A stretch of DNA of 64,000 nt from NCBI RefSeq assembly GCF_964204645.1, contig NC_134030.1, positions 19,862,210 through 19,926,209 on the forward strand, read 5' to 3'. The translations under genes and the position numbers were made by a program. Under the pieces are notes generated by a model, which saw only the letters and a program-made list of their open reading frames with translations, did not search any database and was not told where the DNA came from. Source of the stretch: Tubulanus polymorphus. Lineage: Eukaryota > Animalia > Nemertea. Of the stretch, positions 33,901 to 49,700 are shown one piece after another; within the stretch, counting starts at the first letter, position 1; every line of letters starts with the position of its first letter.

Positions 33901-36900
33901 TTTACCAACATTCATTTAGTTTTGAACATGATTTTGAATTTGTTACGAATTCATTCATTCTCTACTAAAAGTTTAGAATCTTTCATATTAATTGAAACAG
34001 ATTTCTATTAGTCATCGTGTAAAAATATAACATAATCTTAATTTGATAAACTCAATTCAGACGCTTGATATAAGTTAGATATCCAAAAGCTAATCGTCAT
34101 GAACTATTCTAAAACTATTTCGATCAATGAAACTGAATTTATTTTGAACAGGATGATGGTTATTACACGTGGACTGATGGCAAACCATTGAGCTACACAG
34201 AGTGGTTTAAACCTGCTATCTTAAACGAAACGATACCAGAAGTTATTCAAGGATTGATATCTCCTCTAAGAAAACAACCGATAAATGACGTCAATATGCC
34301 GTGTACGGCGATGATTCTGAATAATCCACGAGGATCAGCGAACTGGGTTCGATTCCCGTGTCAAATCGAGGAGACTCGAACAACTTTCATTTGTGAGAAA
34401 GACAAAGATAACTCCTCATCGACTAAAAATCACAAATTACCTGTTGCAGAAGAAAACTCTACTTATTATTCGGGGATATTGGAATCAGATAACTCCACGT
34501 GTTTTAAGGGATGGATTGGTATAGAAGGACATTGCTATCAGATACTTACAGCGTGGGATACTCACAGATTGTCAATTCGGAAAGCTGAGCAAATGTGTCT
34601 TAAAATCGATGGTGAAATAGGTATAGTATCCAATGATGTTATAATTCAGCATTTGATTCAAATATTTCATTATGAACATCAATATGGTGCTGTACTGGTG
34701 AAGGCTACGGATAGTGAATTTCTTGCTCTGAATCCAGTTTTGACCAGAGATGAAATAACATATATAAAAACGGTGAAATGGTCAGTGACTGCCTTTGATA
34801 ATGTCACAGATGTAGCGCATTCAGTGCTTTGTTCCTACAATGTAACTGGTGAAGAGTTGGCTTCTATAAGTAGTTGTAAATCGTGGCAATTTGAATGTAA
34901 CGATCAAAGATGTATCAGCGACCATCGCGTATGTGATACCAGAAACGACTGTCAACACGGTGAAGATGAACTCGATTGTTCGGGTACAAACTTACACAGT
35001 CAGTTCCACTGTACCGATGGAGAAGTTATATCGGTTAGTAATTTGTGCGATTTTGTACGAGATTGCGCTGACGGATCAGATGAGAACTCGTGCTATCATA
35101 CTTCATGTTCCTCGGAACAGTTTAAGTGTAGCAATGGACAATGCGTGGGTAAATATAATCGATGTGATGGACTGGTTGATTGTAAAGATAAATCTGATGA
35201 GATCGGCTGCTCTTCGGATGAATGTAACGGGTTTCTGTGTGTAAATGGTGAATGTATCAGTTCTCTGTTGTATCGGGATGGTGTTGTAGATTGTGCTGGT
35301 AGCCTCGAAGAAGATGAGATTGTCGTCAACATAACAGTTACACCAAAGATTCACTGTACTACAGAGAACTACTGTACGACTAATTTCACAAACTTATGTA
35401 AGAAATCCGATGAACAAAGATGTTCTTTCGATTCTCCTCATTGTTATTCTAGACGTCACAGGTGTATTCTAGAAAGGATGCCGATTGGTTACCCGGTATG
35501 TAGAAGGCTCGAACATATACAAGGTTGTACTGATTTCAAATGTCCAGCTGGTGCTGCAAAATGTCCAGCATCTTACTGTATACCGATGGGACAGGTGTGC
35601 GATGGTCGATCCGATTGTCCTAACTCAGAAGATGAGCGAAACTGCAAGACTTTGTCGTGTCCTGGCATGTTTAAGTGTGGCCAGGAAATCCGATGCATAC
35701 CTCAATCTGAAGTTTGTGATGGTGTCGTCAATTGTAAACATACCACAGATGACGAAGCGTTCTGTGACGTCATATGTCCAAAGGACTGTAAATGTCAAGG
35801 TCATTTGATAGATTGCGATCATGCTGGTTTCGTAGAAATTACTGATCTTTTCTCGGCATCAACTCGAGTTCTGATTTTATCAAGAAACCAAGTTGTATTC
35901 AATGAGTCAACATTTTCTTCGTACCTCTATTTACATTTCCTTAATACTTCACGTAACAATTTGTCTTATATTGTTCCAAACGCGTTCTCAAACCTGCATA
36001 ATCTACATACATTAGATCTTACCTATAACCGCATAATATCACTTTCCGAGAATACATTCGCCGGTTTGTATAGTTTGAAAATGCTTTTGATTTTTGGAAA
36101 TCCAGTGAGATATTTAGAAGAAGGCAGTTTTCAAGGTTTAAAGTCATTAAGCGATCTCGATCTTCACGGACTTTCCTTGTCGTTACTCGGTGGAAATGTG
36201 TTCCGTGGTTTATCCGCTTTAGAGTCGTTAAATTTCAGCAGTAACGTGATCAGTTATATTTCACCAAATGCGTTCTCCGGATTAACAAAACTAAGAAATC
36301 TGGATCTAACCAAAAATTCTGAAGTCATATCCGTACAAAGAAACGTTTTTGACAGTCTTACATTATTGAGTTCGTTGGCTTCTGACGCGTACAAATTTTG
36401 TTGCATGGTTCCGAATGTTGACCAGTGTCTCCCGGAAGCCGACCAATTTTCATCTTGTTCCGACCTGATGGGTAACACTGTTCTTAGAGCAATCATTTGG
36501 GCGATCGCTTCATTCAGCTTTTTTGCCAACATAATCGTAATTTTACTTCGCGTTCAAGCGTTACGCATTTCATCCTCTGAATCACGTAACACATCCTCTG
36601 ATATCCTAATCATTAATATTGCCACCTGCGATTTTCTCATGTCAATTTATCTTTTTCTGATCGCTGGAGCCGATTACGTCTATAAAGGTGTTTATTTCCT
36701 CAATTCCGAAATGTGGACAGATAGTTCACCGTGTCGACTCGCTGGGATTTTAGTAACTCTTTCGTGCGAAGGGTCTTTGCTTTTTCTCCTGATTCTAACC
36801 CGTCAAAGATACTCGAATATCGTCGATCCATTTTCTGGAAGCCCAATTATATCATCGACATATGTGTCCGGTATTTGCTGTATATGCTGGATCATTTTGG

Positions 36901-37382
36901 GCAACATTTCAATGCTACCGTTGTCGTCATCTTCTTATTTCGGACATAACTTTTACGGCACAACTGGTGTTTGTTTACCTATGAATTTACTATCCATCAA
37001 TGTCCACGCCTGGCAATATTCATTCGCTATTTTTGCCGTGTTTAACTCGGTCGTACTTGCTACAATAATGATGACGTATGCACAGATGTATAGACTCGTA
37101 TCTGGAAGCAGGTCCGGCTCGGGTAGAGCTGATCCTACCGAATTGGTTCTGGCGCGTAGGAGTTTAGTGATAAATCTGTGTAATTTGTTTTGCTGGTTAC
37201 CGATAATTATCGTTCAGTTTTGCGCTGTATTGCGAGTAGAAATACCGAACCAAGTGGCGGCTTGGTTGGCGGTACTTTTCCTACCGATCAACTCGTCACT
37301 GAATCCACTTCTTTACACCATCCTCACTATTGATATTAAATCTATTCGGGCCAGAAATAAACGCGTTTTGAAAACTCGCTGA
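30941..37382 (+). CDS. GRL101-like receptor copy 2; join(30941..32134,32526..33872,34152..37382)
   Basis: Same domains and splice sites (CTCG|gtgagt, ctag|ATATCT, GCAG|gtaatt, acag|GATGAT); frames open; the upstream MVSVH Met is absent here. Confidence 0.9.
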
Positions 37383-40300
37383 ACCATTCGACTGTCAAAC
37401 CCTGACTATGCACTCTAATCAGAATGCTGCGAAATCTTTTCAGATGAAATATATTATATACATAAACAAATACGTAGCAAACGTGTGGACTCGAGAACGA
37501 ACTGATACTTGCTTATACGTTCCAATAAAAAAAAACTGACGACTTTTCAAGATAATATCGCAAAATAATGAAATCATCGAATGGGTTTCGAATCGTGTCC
37601 AGAAATACGACGTAGCGATAAGAATACACGCTAGGAGAGCTGAGTAATGTCATTTAATATGAGTTGTAACACCGATTATCCTGACAGTTAATTGCGCTTA
37701 TTTTATATCAGGATGATTTAAAAATTATGTAAGCTGGAAATAAAAGTGCCAAATAGTGGTACATGTTCTACGTTCATCGATTTAAAACCGTATTTGAACG
37801 CTTCAATGTTTATTCGAAGGATAAAGCTTGCGTTGCTTTCGTCCATTCAAAGTCCTACGCCCGGAGGTGGGATCACTTCAAATGCGTGTCGATCCATATG
37901 GACATTATCGGCGCTGTGAAAGGTGATCTACGTCTTTTGAATTCAGTCGTGTCCAGTATGTTCTTGCCAGTTTCTCGTTTATTAATCTTTTGCAGCCTCG
38001 GCCTTCAACACTCCCCTGACAAAGGATAAATATCGTATAATGACAAAGGATAAGTATCGTCTAATGCACTGAGTTAGGTGTACTCGGGCCCACAACGGGA
38101 ACGACAATTGAATCAATCGCTCAACACTGATCAGAATGATTACCGAGTTCCGATGCATCTTCGCCGTGTGAACAAGTCCGTCACAGTACACAGTAAACAC
38201 CGCCGACACTCGGAATTTTTCCAGACCGTACGTCCACAACGATAAGTATTCCTTCAATGAGGTGAGGCAAAATATCGCAACCAGGTATTTTAGGATCGCA
38301 AATATTCAGAGCAGGTGGTACGTACAAATTTGTAAATTCGAGAAAAAACAATTGTAAGAAATAACCGTGAAAATTAGCGTTCGAACCCCTAAGCCCTCGG
38401 TTGCCTGGAGACTAGTGACCGGCGGCTTAAAACCACTCGGCCAGTGAGCCTGTTACATGAGTTCACAGAAGATTTGGATTGTGTATTGAGCTTGGATCAA
38501 AATTTCCACCAGTTGTGATCTAGATGCTTAGTATACGTTAGTATACTGAACGGCATGATCGATGACCAACAATATTCACCATTGAATATACGATTTACTC
38601 ACCTGTTGCACTGAAGGTTTGGGTTACTGATATTTCTGATCGATGAACCATGCTCACGAATCGGTGTGCAAATACATTTTCTAAAAGGAGTTTAATACAA
38701 ATATACAGTTTGACAGGTTGTAGTGCAGTTCGGTCGTCAAAACAACTGACGAAAATTGTAATGAATAGTTAACCTATCGTGTGAAACTGAATTAACTCAC
38801 AAACATCAGTTTAAGTACCGTACTGCTATTTCCAAATTTTCGATGTATTAAATTAGGCAGCCAAGAAAATTCACCCCCAATCAGTCGCTTTCCGGTTAAG
38901 ACTGAATGGAAGATTGTTTGAATGAACCGGAACCGAATTTCCCAATTATGTACTTTGAGCAAAAAACTTTTGTAAACTCGACCGTCGATCACACAACTAT
39001 ATCTCTACTTCGATTATCGATTGTAAAACCAAACCCCCTGTTTCGCTCCAGGCAGGTGTGGTGGGTTTGTAAGGGACACTCAATCAAAAAATCAAACGAA
39101 ATTTACCAACCAAATAAATAACAGGGACAATCCCTATTTTAGGAAAAAAAACACAAGTGAAGAAGAGCCACAATTCAAAGTATACACGATAAACTCTAAC
39201 TCCGCCCCTGAATTGTGCCGCATTCTTAGGCAGTTTTTACTCCAAGTCTTTAAATCACGAGGTATACACGTATTACAGAGGGCCGCATTACGTCACTGCA
39301 GAAAATGCGTCTCGTGGAGAAAATGGTGGAAGGCGGGGACTTAACAAAACTGTTTAGATAATATAAAAGATGATGTGTTTGTCTGCTGTCGTGAATATGT
39401 ATTGTTAAAGGTTTTGAATACATATGGATTTAAAAACTTTTCGCTGCATTTCCCTGTAAGAGGACACCATGAAGAGTCAATCAATCACCAAAGCTGTGCA
39501 ATTATTTGGTTTTATTTCAATTTGTATTTGAAGAATATATAGTATCGCGCGCAATATTTTTCATTCATTCGTCGACTGTTCTGGCTCGAGAAAACGAGAT
39601 ATTGTCATTTCGAAAGTATAATACGTTGGAAGAGCGACTAAGGTAAGCGTAGTGATAAAATATTCTAATTTAACGATAAAAATGATACCTTGTTCCTCAA
39701 AAGCTTAAAAGTTGACCCGGCCGGCCGCCGCCTATCTACCCTATACATTATTCTAAAAAAAAGAAACTATTATCAGCCAATCGACGACAAGACGCGGCGG
39801 CTATTGAAACGAATGGATTACAAATTTAATTGAAATTTACAAAATAATCCGGGCGCTGCGGAGAAACAAGGTGTCATTTTTAGCCTAAAATAATATACTC
39901 CGATACGTACAGCAGCAATTTCAGTAGCCGGAATCTAAAATACGACACATGACTAAACACTTTTTTCTGCTGAAAATCATGCATCGATTAATTGATCAAT
40001 GACGTGTCACTGATCTTACCGTTTAGCATAGTAGTATATTCTACGGTTATATGTAGATTTTCACCGATGGAGATCTCAATATAAATTACATAAAATTCAA
40101 AACCAAATTCATTATTCCTGAAGATGACTATTAGGATATAGTCGAAACGTTGAATAAACTACTAAGAGCTCAAAGTAACATTTTCGGACTTTTTTCTTAT
40201 CATTGTGGGGTTCTCTCTACATCGCGTCAACACGGATATAGTGTTCTATCAATCGTGTTCATAACCAAATTATTCTATAATAAATGATTTTCTATAATTG

Positions 40301-40785
40301 AGGTTAGGAACTAATTTCAAACAAATATCTTTTGACTAGATCATTTGGGCTGAGGAACCAAACTTGGAAGCGACTCTGAAGACAATAAATGAATTATCGA
40401 TGATTATCTATATTAGATATTTAAAGCTTATCACTCACGGAAAGAAACGACAGAGACTTGTTCCTGCGATGCCCAAACACTAGCAATGCGGCCGCCCTGC
40501 ACTCACTTCATAGCACGGCGTTCGAACCAGCGATTCAAACCCGTTACACTGCTCTGCACTAAATCAAAAATACATCAAGTATTCTTCATGAATTTTTGAC
40601 TATATCTATTATCAGTTCCTTTTTTCTGTGTAGCTGCGTTATTTCAAACCTGGCTCATTCTCTGACGAAAAGGTTTGCTCATTGAAAACTGTTGCAATAT
40701 CAATTTTCTTTTCGAATTTTTGAAAATGCCAAATCGCAAATATATTTTATTCAAATTCTAGGCGAAGAAAATGCTTGCTTACACA

Positions 40786-41447
40786 ATGACTCGCATATGT
40801 GCTTTTGCTGCGATTGTGGCCAGTGCCGCGGCCTTCAGTGGTGAGTTAAGACTGGGAAAAAGATACTCAGCATCGTAGGATTTCATAAATGATATAATTC
40901 AATTCGCAATTATCATTAAACATTTAGTATGCTTTCATCGACGGAACGAATTGATTTGATAGATATATTTCACAAAATGACACATATACATTATGACAAA
41001 AACCCTGTTAATTGACGTGCAACATATTGTTATTATACACATGTATTTTTTTAACACCCTGGCCCGCTAAGCGCAACGCTAGAAGCGGGTTCGATGTTTC
41101 ATTTTCCCAATACCCACACTAGAGAAGAACCTCCGACCAAGAAACTTTGTCGCCTCCAGGGTTTGAACCCATTAACCCTGGATTGATGAGAGCAGTGTCA
41201 GGCGGCTTATACCACTCGGCCACTGCGCCTCCCATCTGATATCCTCATCGGGATCACCATTATAGTCCTACATCTGGGGGCGGGAGTTCCATTATTTCTT
41301 CAATTTAGGTAAAAACATCTTTCACTTCAAAATTCAATTTTTAATTTCATGTTTTTCGAAAATATAGATTGCCATCCAAAGGGCTGGACGTGTGACGATA
41401 GCCTTAAGTGTTGCAGCAACACCTGTAGAGCTAGTATTTGTTCCTGA
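40786..41447 (+). CDS. Knottin-like peptide copy B; join(40786..40840,41368..41447): MTRICAFAAIVASAAAFS-DCHPKGWTCDDSLKCCSNTCRASICS
   Basis: Same splice sites and frame as copy A; all six Cys kept. Confidence 0.78.
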
Positions 41448-43245
41448 TCGTTGAGGACAAAGGTTTATAACGGGATATACTCGTGGTGGTTTGGGAAATG
41501 TATCCGATTATGAAACTGAACGACAGTCAGTTTTAGTGACTAGGCCGTGTACGAAAAAGCTCGCACTGAATTTATAATTGTTACCGATTCTTGATATCTT
41601 GTAGTAAATTAGATTCAATAAAACTGCGAGTAAATAAATCAATTGTCGGGTTGTTGACTGTTTTTATGATTCATCGGTCAGAGTTTTCAGAAGTTATCAG
41701 AAGTGCCATTCCATCGGCGGTGAAGAACATTCATCGTCAATTAAAAATGACTACTCGTAAGCAAAAGTCCAAAAACTCCCTAATTCAATTATTTCAGTCC
41801 CAGGGTTTAAATGTTTCATATGCATCCATCCATTAAGATATTTAGAGTTTTCTGTCCTAGTTCCCGATCGGCGATTTTCTTGTGACGTCACGCAACCTCG
41901 TATGAAACTGAGGAAAACAATATAAATTCAGTTTTAATATGCTTTAAGTGAAATCCATTTTCGTAGTCCATTGATGTTTCGATTTTTTGTTTATAAAATA
42001 GTAAGTATCATCTGCAAACATCGTGCAATCTAAGATTTCTATAGATTATATCAGCAATAGGTGCCGAATATAAAGAGTAAATAAAACTGGCCCCAGAACT
42101 GAACCTTGAGGGCTTCCACATCGAAAATCAGCAATATTAACTTTACCGTTTGTAACAACTTTGTGTGTACATTCCTGAAGGTGCCTCAGATTTGAAATAA
42201 TTCTGTTTTGAAGCTGATTAGCGGCCATGCGTTCGAGCATCTTTGTGGCTACAGGTAAGTAAGACAATGATCTATAATTATTCAATTAATACAGATTTAG
42301 AATTTGTGGTTTTTATCAATTGCTCAACCGAGCATGATTTTGATTAAACAGTTCGTAGGTACAACACCGGTTTCCAAATGAGCAATTTATAATTCTAGTA
42401 ACGATTGGAACAGTAACACACTGTTTTAGAATTGGCGCGGGCAACTAAAGCATCTCCCTTATACTTCGCAAATCCACGACCCGCATCAAAATTGCTCGGA
42501 GCATCACGGCAAAACTGATCATTAACGCGACTAATGGTCAGTAGCGTATGTTCCAAACGAGCGATGGAAATTCGCCTATTTCAAACTGGTCATTTATGTG
42601 TAAAATACAAGCACTTGAGAGACACACGGATTCGCGACATGGACTTAATAGCGTAACCTGCATTTTCAAGTGTATTAATGGCTTATGCGAGCTTTCAACT
42701 TAAACTTCGTGTTGGGCGGTGATTTATTGATAGGCCGTCTAGAAGGCTGAGATTGAACCGCATATTTTTTTTTGAAAAAAAACTTTCTTTCAAAATCAAT
42801 TCCGAAAGATCTAGCGGTTTGAAATTAAACAAATTCGTACGGATATAGTTAATGAAATTTTGAATTGATGCAAAGGTAGAAAAGTATTGTATAATGATTT
42901 CTAGGCTCATCGTGAATATTCGACGATTCTATAACTAAAATTACGTTCGGGTTGAATGTGTTCTGATGAAATATGTAATGTCTAATGTCTAAATTCGTGT
43001 GTGAACAAATTTGCAAAATCGAATTTGGAATTAATTGGCCTTAAGAATTTTGGTAGGCAACATGGAATCTAGAAATTATTGCTAATTGATAAACAGATCT
43101 TTAAGCAAAAAATCCAAACATTTCAAATCTAGAATCAGTTTTCAAACTAATTGCGGCAGTAACTAAAAAATCAACTTAAATGAAGTGACAGCGAATTCTC
43201 TAATTGGACGAACTGTGATTTGTGCTCGGTTGTTGTTCAATGAAA

Positions 43246-46200
43246 ATGGTTTCGGTTCATTTTGTCGTGTTGATGCATTTCGGTATGGATCGACTGAGAG
43301 CGCTGTTTATAGCGTCGCTGATCGTCTGGCGAGTTAACATCGCACACGCTGATCTGTCTAACTCTGTGACGGTCAGTTCGTCTTGTAACAACACTTGGTA
43401 CCCCGTCGATTCTACGTCCGGTTACATCGTTTCACCGAATTACCCGTCGTCAACGCGCGGCGTTGAATGTCGTTGGTTCGTCAACAGCTCTTTACCGGGA
43501 ACTTTCAACATCAAACTATACTACGACATCGAGCCGTCGATATTCTGTAGTGATAACTACCTTCTCGTCGGTGCGGCCGATAACAGATTCTGCGGTAAAG
43601 GAAAACATGAAATCCGCCGTAAAGATTCGATCTGGTTGATGTTTAGAAATAACGTCGATGGTGCGCGAGGTAGTCGGGTTTATATCATATATCGTTTAGA
43701 ACGGAATAATTTGAAATTATTACACACCTGCACAAAATACCATTCAAAAGTCAACAAATTACCGACATCGATAGGATATAAGTTTGCTATGTTGGTAAGG
43801 GAATGTAAATTGTATTTAGAATGGATCGGCATCACGGATGGTTTTGCTATGAATTTCACGTTTTCGCAGATAAATTTCAAATTATATCCCGGCACTGATC
43901 CAGCGACAACTGTTCAAATTCATGACGGATGGAACAGCAGTGAACTTATTGCTGTAATACCTGAACAAAGCGGGCATCCACCTTCATCCTTTTATACTAA
44001 GACAAACAAAGCTATGATCAGTTTGCTACTTGGGCGAAACGTACTTACATCACAACTATCAGTTCAGGTGTATAGAATATCTGATTGGAACGTCTCTAAT
44101 CCGTTAATCCAAATCTCTAATAACGAGTCTGGAGTGCTCATTCCTGATGACAACAGTTTACACGTAATAACTCGATCAAAACACTTACACTGCTGGTCTA
44201 TCACAGTGCAGGTTTTACAGTGCGTCGTCTTCAACTGGACACGTGATCTCAGCACATCCGATGACGTCATTGGTGTATATGAACTAGAAGGGTTACGCGT
44301 TGTAGGAACTGATATTTTACTCGGTTACAACTACCTGGAATCATTGAGTATTAAATCTAACGGCTTTCTCGTCATACTGTGCGTTTTAATAAGACAAGGT
44401 GTTTTACCGTCGAATGTGAAAATTGAATTTGAAGTGAAATCTTTTTCCATAAATGACGTACGAGTGGATAAACGCTCGGTGAGTATTGTGCGTTTTATTT
44501 TAAGTTTAGGATTTTACTGTGTGTGGATCTCTATTATTAGGTTTCATGCGTAGACTTTTTGTTTGTGTTCTGAGAACAAAGTGAAAGTCTTCGAAGCCCA
44601 CACGAGAAGTTACGCGCAAGATCCAGATACTATAACTGCATGTGTAAACGATCATTTGGATGATTTAGGGTGGGTTTTTTCAACTATAATATTTTAGTGG
44701 GAAATTTGGATTTCCACCTGAAGAAGAAATTCCATTTTACCAAATCTTAAAACACGAATTGCTGCACGTGACAAAATCATTAATTGACATAGATTTGAAA
44801 ATGTTGTTATGTTATTAATACTTGAAAAAAAAACAAATGCTGATTTGTTATATTTTGTAGATATCTGTTAACAGAAAAAGATACGGTTTGATTGTTCAAA
44901 ATCTGTTCCCGACGACAAAGAAGACAACATTATCGTATCGCATAAATACATTAGAATTTAAACGGAAAGTTGATATCTATGATAATTTTAGACTAACAGT
45001 TTTATCAGAGACGTGCGAGAGAGTTGGATTTTATATATATGATGGTGGTAATTTTACAGCTAGACGCTATGGTCCGTATTGTCCTAGTTTATACTACAGT
45101 CGTCGCCTCGTCAGTCTGATTATATCAGGAGGACCGGTTACTGTAGTAGGATACGCTTATAATGATGTACTTAAATCTGGGTATCTCGGATTCATTCCTA
45201 CTGACTGTGACGGGTATGTTTTACGGGAAGGTGAAAATCAGATCAATATGACGTCACACTGTCTGGTGATTACATCTGAAAACCGGCGCCTTCCTTTAGA
45301 AAACATTTATATATTATCAGAACATGAATATCAAATTCACAATTGTTTCCGTGGTTCAAATTCGTGTCCTGGTGTTACTCTCACAACTCAATTACTGAAT
45401 AACAGTCTCTTATTGAATCATCTGATGATAAAAGGAAATAGTTATAGGTTCTGGAGAGGTTCACGGTTTATTTTACTACGACGTAAATGTTTGGTGTTGA
45501 TGATCTATCAAGATTCCCCGGTACTTACTGCTAGTAGTTTTGCATACATCCCGCCGATGCGAGAAAAATGTGGAGTCGCACAATCACCGAACTATCCTCG
45601 ATATGTTCCACAACGCAGTAAATCAAGTTTGTACTACTCATTTCATTACGACAAACATTTGAATTATTACATCAGATTCCTTTTCAAATTTATGGGACAC
45701 GCCTCGTGCAGCCCTTCTAGTAGTAATGCTGTTCGAGACCCGTTATTACTGGTACAGACTATTTTGAAACCCGGTAGTGATGTACTCCTTAAGGGGCTGC
45801 GTCACCACGAAACTAAAATATGTGAAAATAACGCAGTACCTGGACTTGTATTATACAGTCTACTCGGGTATGACGTTTACTTTGAAGCGAAAAACTATAT
45901 CCCTTTATTTCGAATTCAATACACTTTAGAACAATCGCCTTCACAAACACATCGAAATAATGACTGCGGATTAGATTTTCTAGATTCAGGTGTTTCGTGT
46001 ATCAGATACATCAAACATGAACGTCTGAATTGGGAGAACGCTGAAATGTACTGTCAACAGAAATACGGAGGACATCTTCTCAGTATCAACATTGAACAGG
46101 AAATGATTGCTGTAAAAAAGCTGTTCGCTACGAATCTTCTTCAGGAGGCGTATTCACAGGCGGCGCTGATTGTGATGATTGGATTGAAATGGCAGGTAAT

Positions 46201-49200
46201 TTCAAAGTATCGTTATGAACATGTTTACCAACATTCATTTAGTATTGAACATGATTTTGAATTTGTTACGAATTCATTCATTACTAAAAGTCTAGAATCT
46301 TTCATATTAATTGAAACAGATTTCTATTAGTCAACGTGTGAAATGTAACATAATCTTAATTTGATAAACTCAATTCAGACGCTTGATATAAGTTAGATAT
46401 CCAAAAGCTAATCGTCATGAACACTTCTAAAACCATTTCGATCAATGAAACTGAATTTACTTTGAATAGGTTGATGGTTATTACACGTGGACTGATGGAA
46501 GACCATTGAGCTACACAGAGTGGTTTAAACCTGCTATGATAAACGAAACGATACCAGAAGTTATTCAAGGATTGATATCTCCTCTAAAAAAAGAACCGAT
46601 AAATGACGTCAATATGCCGTGTACGGCGATGATTCTGAATAATCCACGAGGATCAGCGAACTGGGTTCGATTCCCGTGTCAAATCGAGGAGACTCGAACA
46701 ACTTTCATTTGTGAAAAAGACAAAGATAACTCATCATCGACTAAAAATCACAAATTACCTGTTGCAGAAGAAAACTATACTTATTATTCGGGGATATTGG
46801 AATCAGATAACTCCACGTGTTTTAAGGGATGGATTGGTTTAGAAGGACATTGCTATCAGATACTTACAGCCTGGGATACTCACAGATTGTCAATTCGGGA
46901 TGCTGAGCAAATGTGTCTTAAAATCGGTGGTGAAATAGGTATAGTATCCAATGATGTTATAATTCAGCATTTGATTCAAATATTTCATTATGAACATCAA
47001 TATGGTGCTATACTGGCGAAGGCTACGGATAGTGAATTTCTTGCTCTGAATCCAGTTTTGACCAGAGATGAAATAACATATAAAAAAACGGTGAAATGGT
47101 CAGTGACTGCCTTTGATAATGTCACAGATGTAGCGCATTCAGTGCTATGTTCCTATAATGTAACTGATGAAGAGTTGACTTCTATAAAAAGGTGTAAATC
47201 GTGGCAATTTGAATGTAACGATCAAAGATGTATCAGCGACCATCGCGTATGTGATACCAGAAACGACTGTCAACACGGTGAAGATGAACTCGATTGTTCG
47301 GGTACAAACTTACACAGTCAGTTCCACTGTACCGATGGAGAAGTTATATCAGTGAGTAATTTGTGCGATTTTGTACGAGATTGCGCTGACGGATCTGATG
47401 AGAACTCGTGCTATCATACTTCATGTTCCTCTGAAGAGTTTAAGTGTAGTAATGGACAATGCGTGGGTAAATATAATCGATGTGATGGACTGGTTGATTG
47501 TAAAGATAAATCTGATGAGATAGGCTGCTCTTTAGATGAATGTAACGGGTTTTTGTGTGTAAATGGAGAATGTATCAGTTCTCTGTTGTATCGGGATGGT
47601 GTTGTAGATTGTGCTGGTAGCCTCGAAGAAGATGAGATTGTCACCAACATAACAGTTACTCCAAAGATTCACTGTACTACAGAGAACTACTGTACGACTA
47701 ATTTCACAAACTTATGTAAGAAATCCGATGAACAAAGATGTTCTTTCGATTCTCCTCACTGTTATTCTAGACGTCATAGATGTATTTTAGAAAGGATGCC
47801 GATTGGTTACCCGGTATGTAGAAGGCTCGAACATATACAAGGTTGTACTGATTTCAAATGTCCAGCTGGTTCTGCAAAATGTCCAGCATCTTACTGTATA
47901 CCGATGGGACAGGTGTGCGATGGTCGATCCGATTGTCCTAACTCAGAAGACGAGCGAAACTGCAAGATTTTGTCATGTCCTGGCATGTTTAAATGTGGCA
48001 AGGAAAACCGATGCATACCTCAATCTGAAGTTTGTGATGGTGTCGTCACTTGTAAACATACCACTGATGACGAAGCTTTCTGTGACGTCATATGTCCAAA
48101 GGAATGTAAATGTCAAGGTTATTTGATTGATTGCGATCATGCCGATTTCGTAGAAATCACTTATCTTTTCTCGGCATCAACTCGAGTTCTGATTTTATCA
48201 AGAAACCAAGTTGTATTCAATGAGTCAACATTTTCTTTGTACCTCTATTTACATTTCCTTAATATTTCCCGTAACAATTTGTCTTATATTGTTCCAAACG
48301 CGTTCTCAAACCTGCATAATCTACATACATTAGATCTTACATATAACCGCTTAATATCATTGCCCGCGAATACATTCGCCGGTTTGTATAGTTTGAAAAT
48401 GCTTTTGATTTTTGGAAATCCAGTGAGATATTTAGAAGAAGGCAGTTTTCAAGGGTTAAAGTCATTAAGCGATCTCGATCTTCACGGACTTTCCTTGTCG
48501 TTACTCGGTGGAAATGTGTTCAGTGGTTTATCCGCTTTAGAGTCGTTAAATATCAGCAGTAACGTGATCAAACATATTTCACGAAATGCGTTCGCCGGAT
48601 TAATAAAACTAAGAAATCTGGATCTAACCAAAAATTCTGAAGTCATATCCGTACAAAGAAACGTATTTGACAGTCTTACATTATTGAGTTCTTTGGCTTC
48701 TGACGCGTACAAATTTTGTTGCATGGTTCCGAATGTTGACCAGTGTCTCCCGGAAGCCGACCAATTTTCATCTTGTTCCGACCTGATGGGTAACACTGTT
48801 CTTAGAGCAATCATTTGGGCGATCGCTTCATTCAGCTTTTTTGCCAACATAATCGTAATTTTACTTCGCGTTCAAGCGTTACGCATTTCATCCTCTGAAT
48901 CACGTAACACATCCTCTGATATCCTCATCATTAATATTGCCACCTGCGATTTTCTCATGTCAATTTATCTTTTTCTGATCGCTGGAGCCGATTACGTCTA
49001 TAAAAGTGTTTATTTCCTCAATTCTGAAAGGTGGACAGATAGTTCACTGTGTCGACTCGCTGGGATTTTAGTAACTCTTTCGTGCGAAGGGTCTTTGCTT
49101 TTTCTCCTGATTCTAACCCGTCAAAGATACTCGAATATCGTCGATCCATTTTCTGGAAGCCCAATTATATCATCGACATATGTGTCCGGTATTTGCTGTA

Positions 49201-49700
49201 TATGCTGGATCATTTTGGGCAACATTTCAATGCTGCCGCTGTCGTCATCTTCTTATTTCGGACATAACTTTTACGGCACAACTGGTGTTTGTTTACCTAT
49301 GAATTTACTATCCATCGATGTCCACGCCTGGCAATATTCATTCGCTATTTTTGCCGTGTTTAACTCGGTCGTACTTGCTACAATAATGTTGACGTATGCA
49401 CAGATGTATAGACTCGTATCTGGAAGCAGGTCCGGCTCGGGTAGAGCTGATCCTACCGAATTGGTTCTGGCGCGTAGGAGTTTAGTGATAAATCTGTGTA
49501 ATTTATTTTGCTGGTTACCGATAATTATCGTTCAGTTTTGCGCTGTATTGCGAGTAGAAATACCGAACCAAGTGGCGGCTTGGTTGGCGGTACTTTTCCT
49601 ACCGATCAACTCGTCACTGAATCCACTTCTTTACACCATCCTCACTATTGATGTTAAATCTATTCGGGCCAGAAATAAACGCGTTTTGAAAACTCGCTGA
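43246..49700 (+). CDS. GRL101-like receptor copy 3; join(43246..44478,44861..46195,46470..49700)
   Basis: Same architecture, conserved GT-AG sites, open frames. Confidence 0.9.
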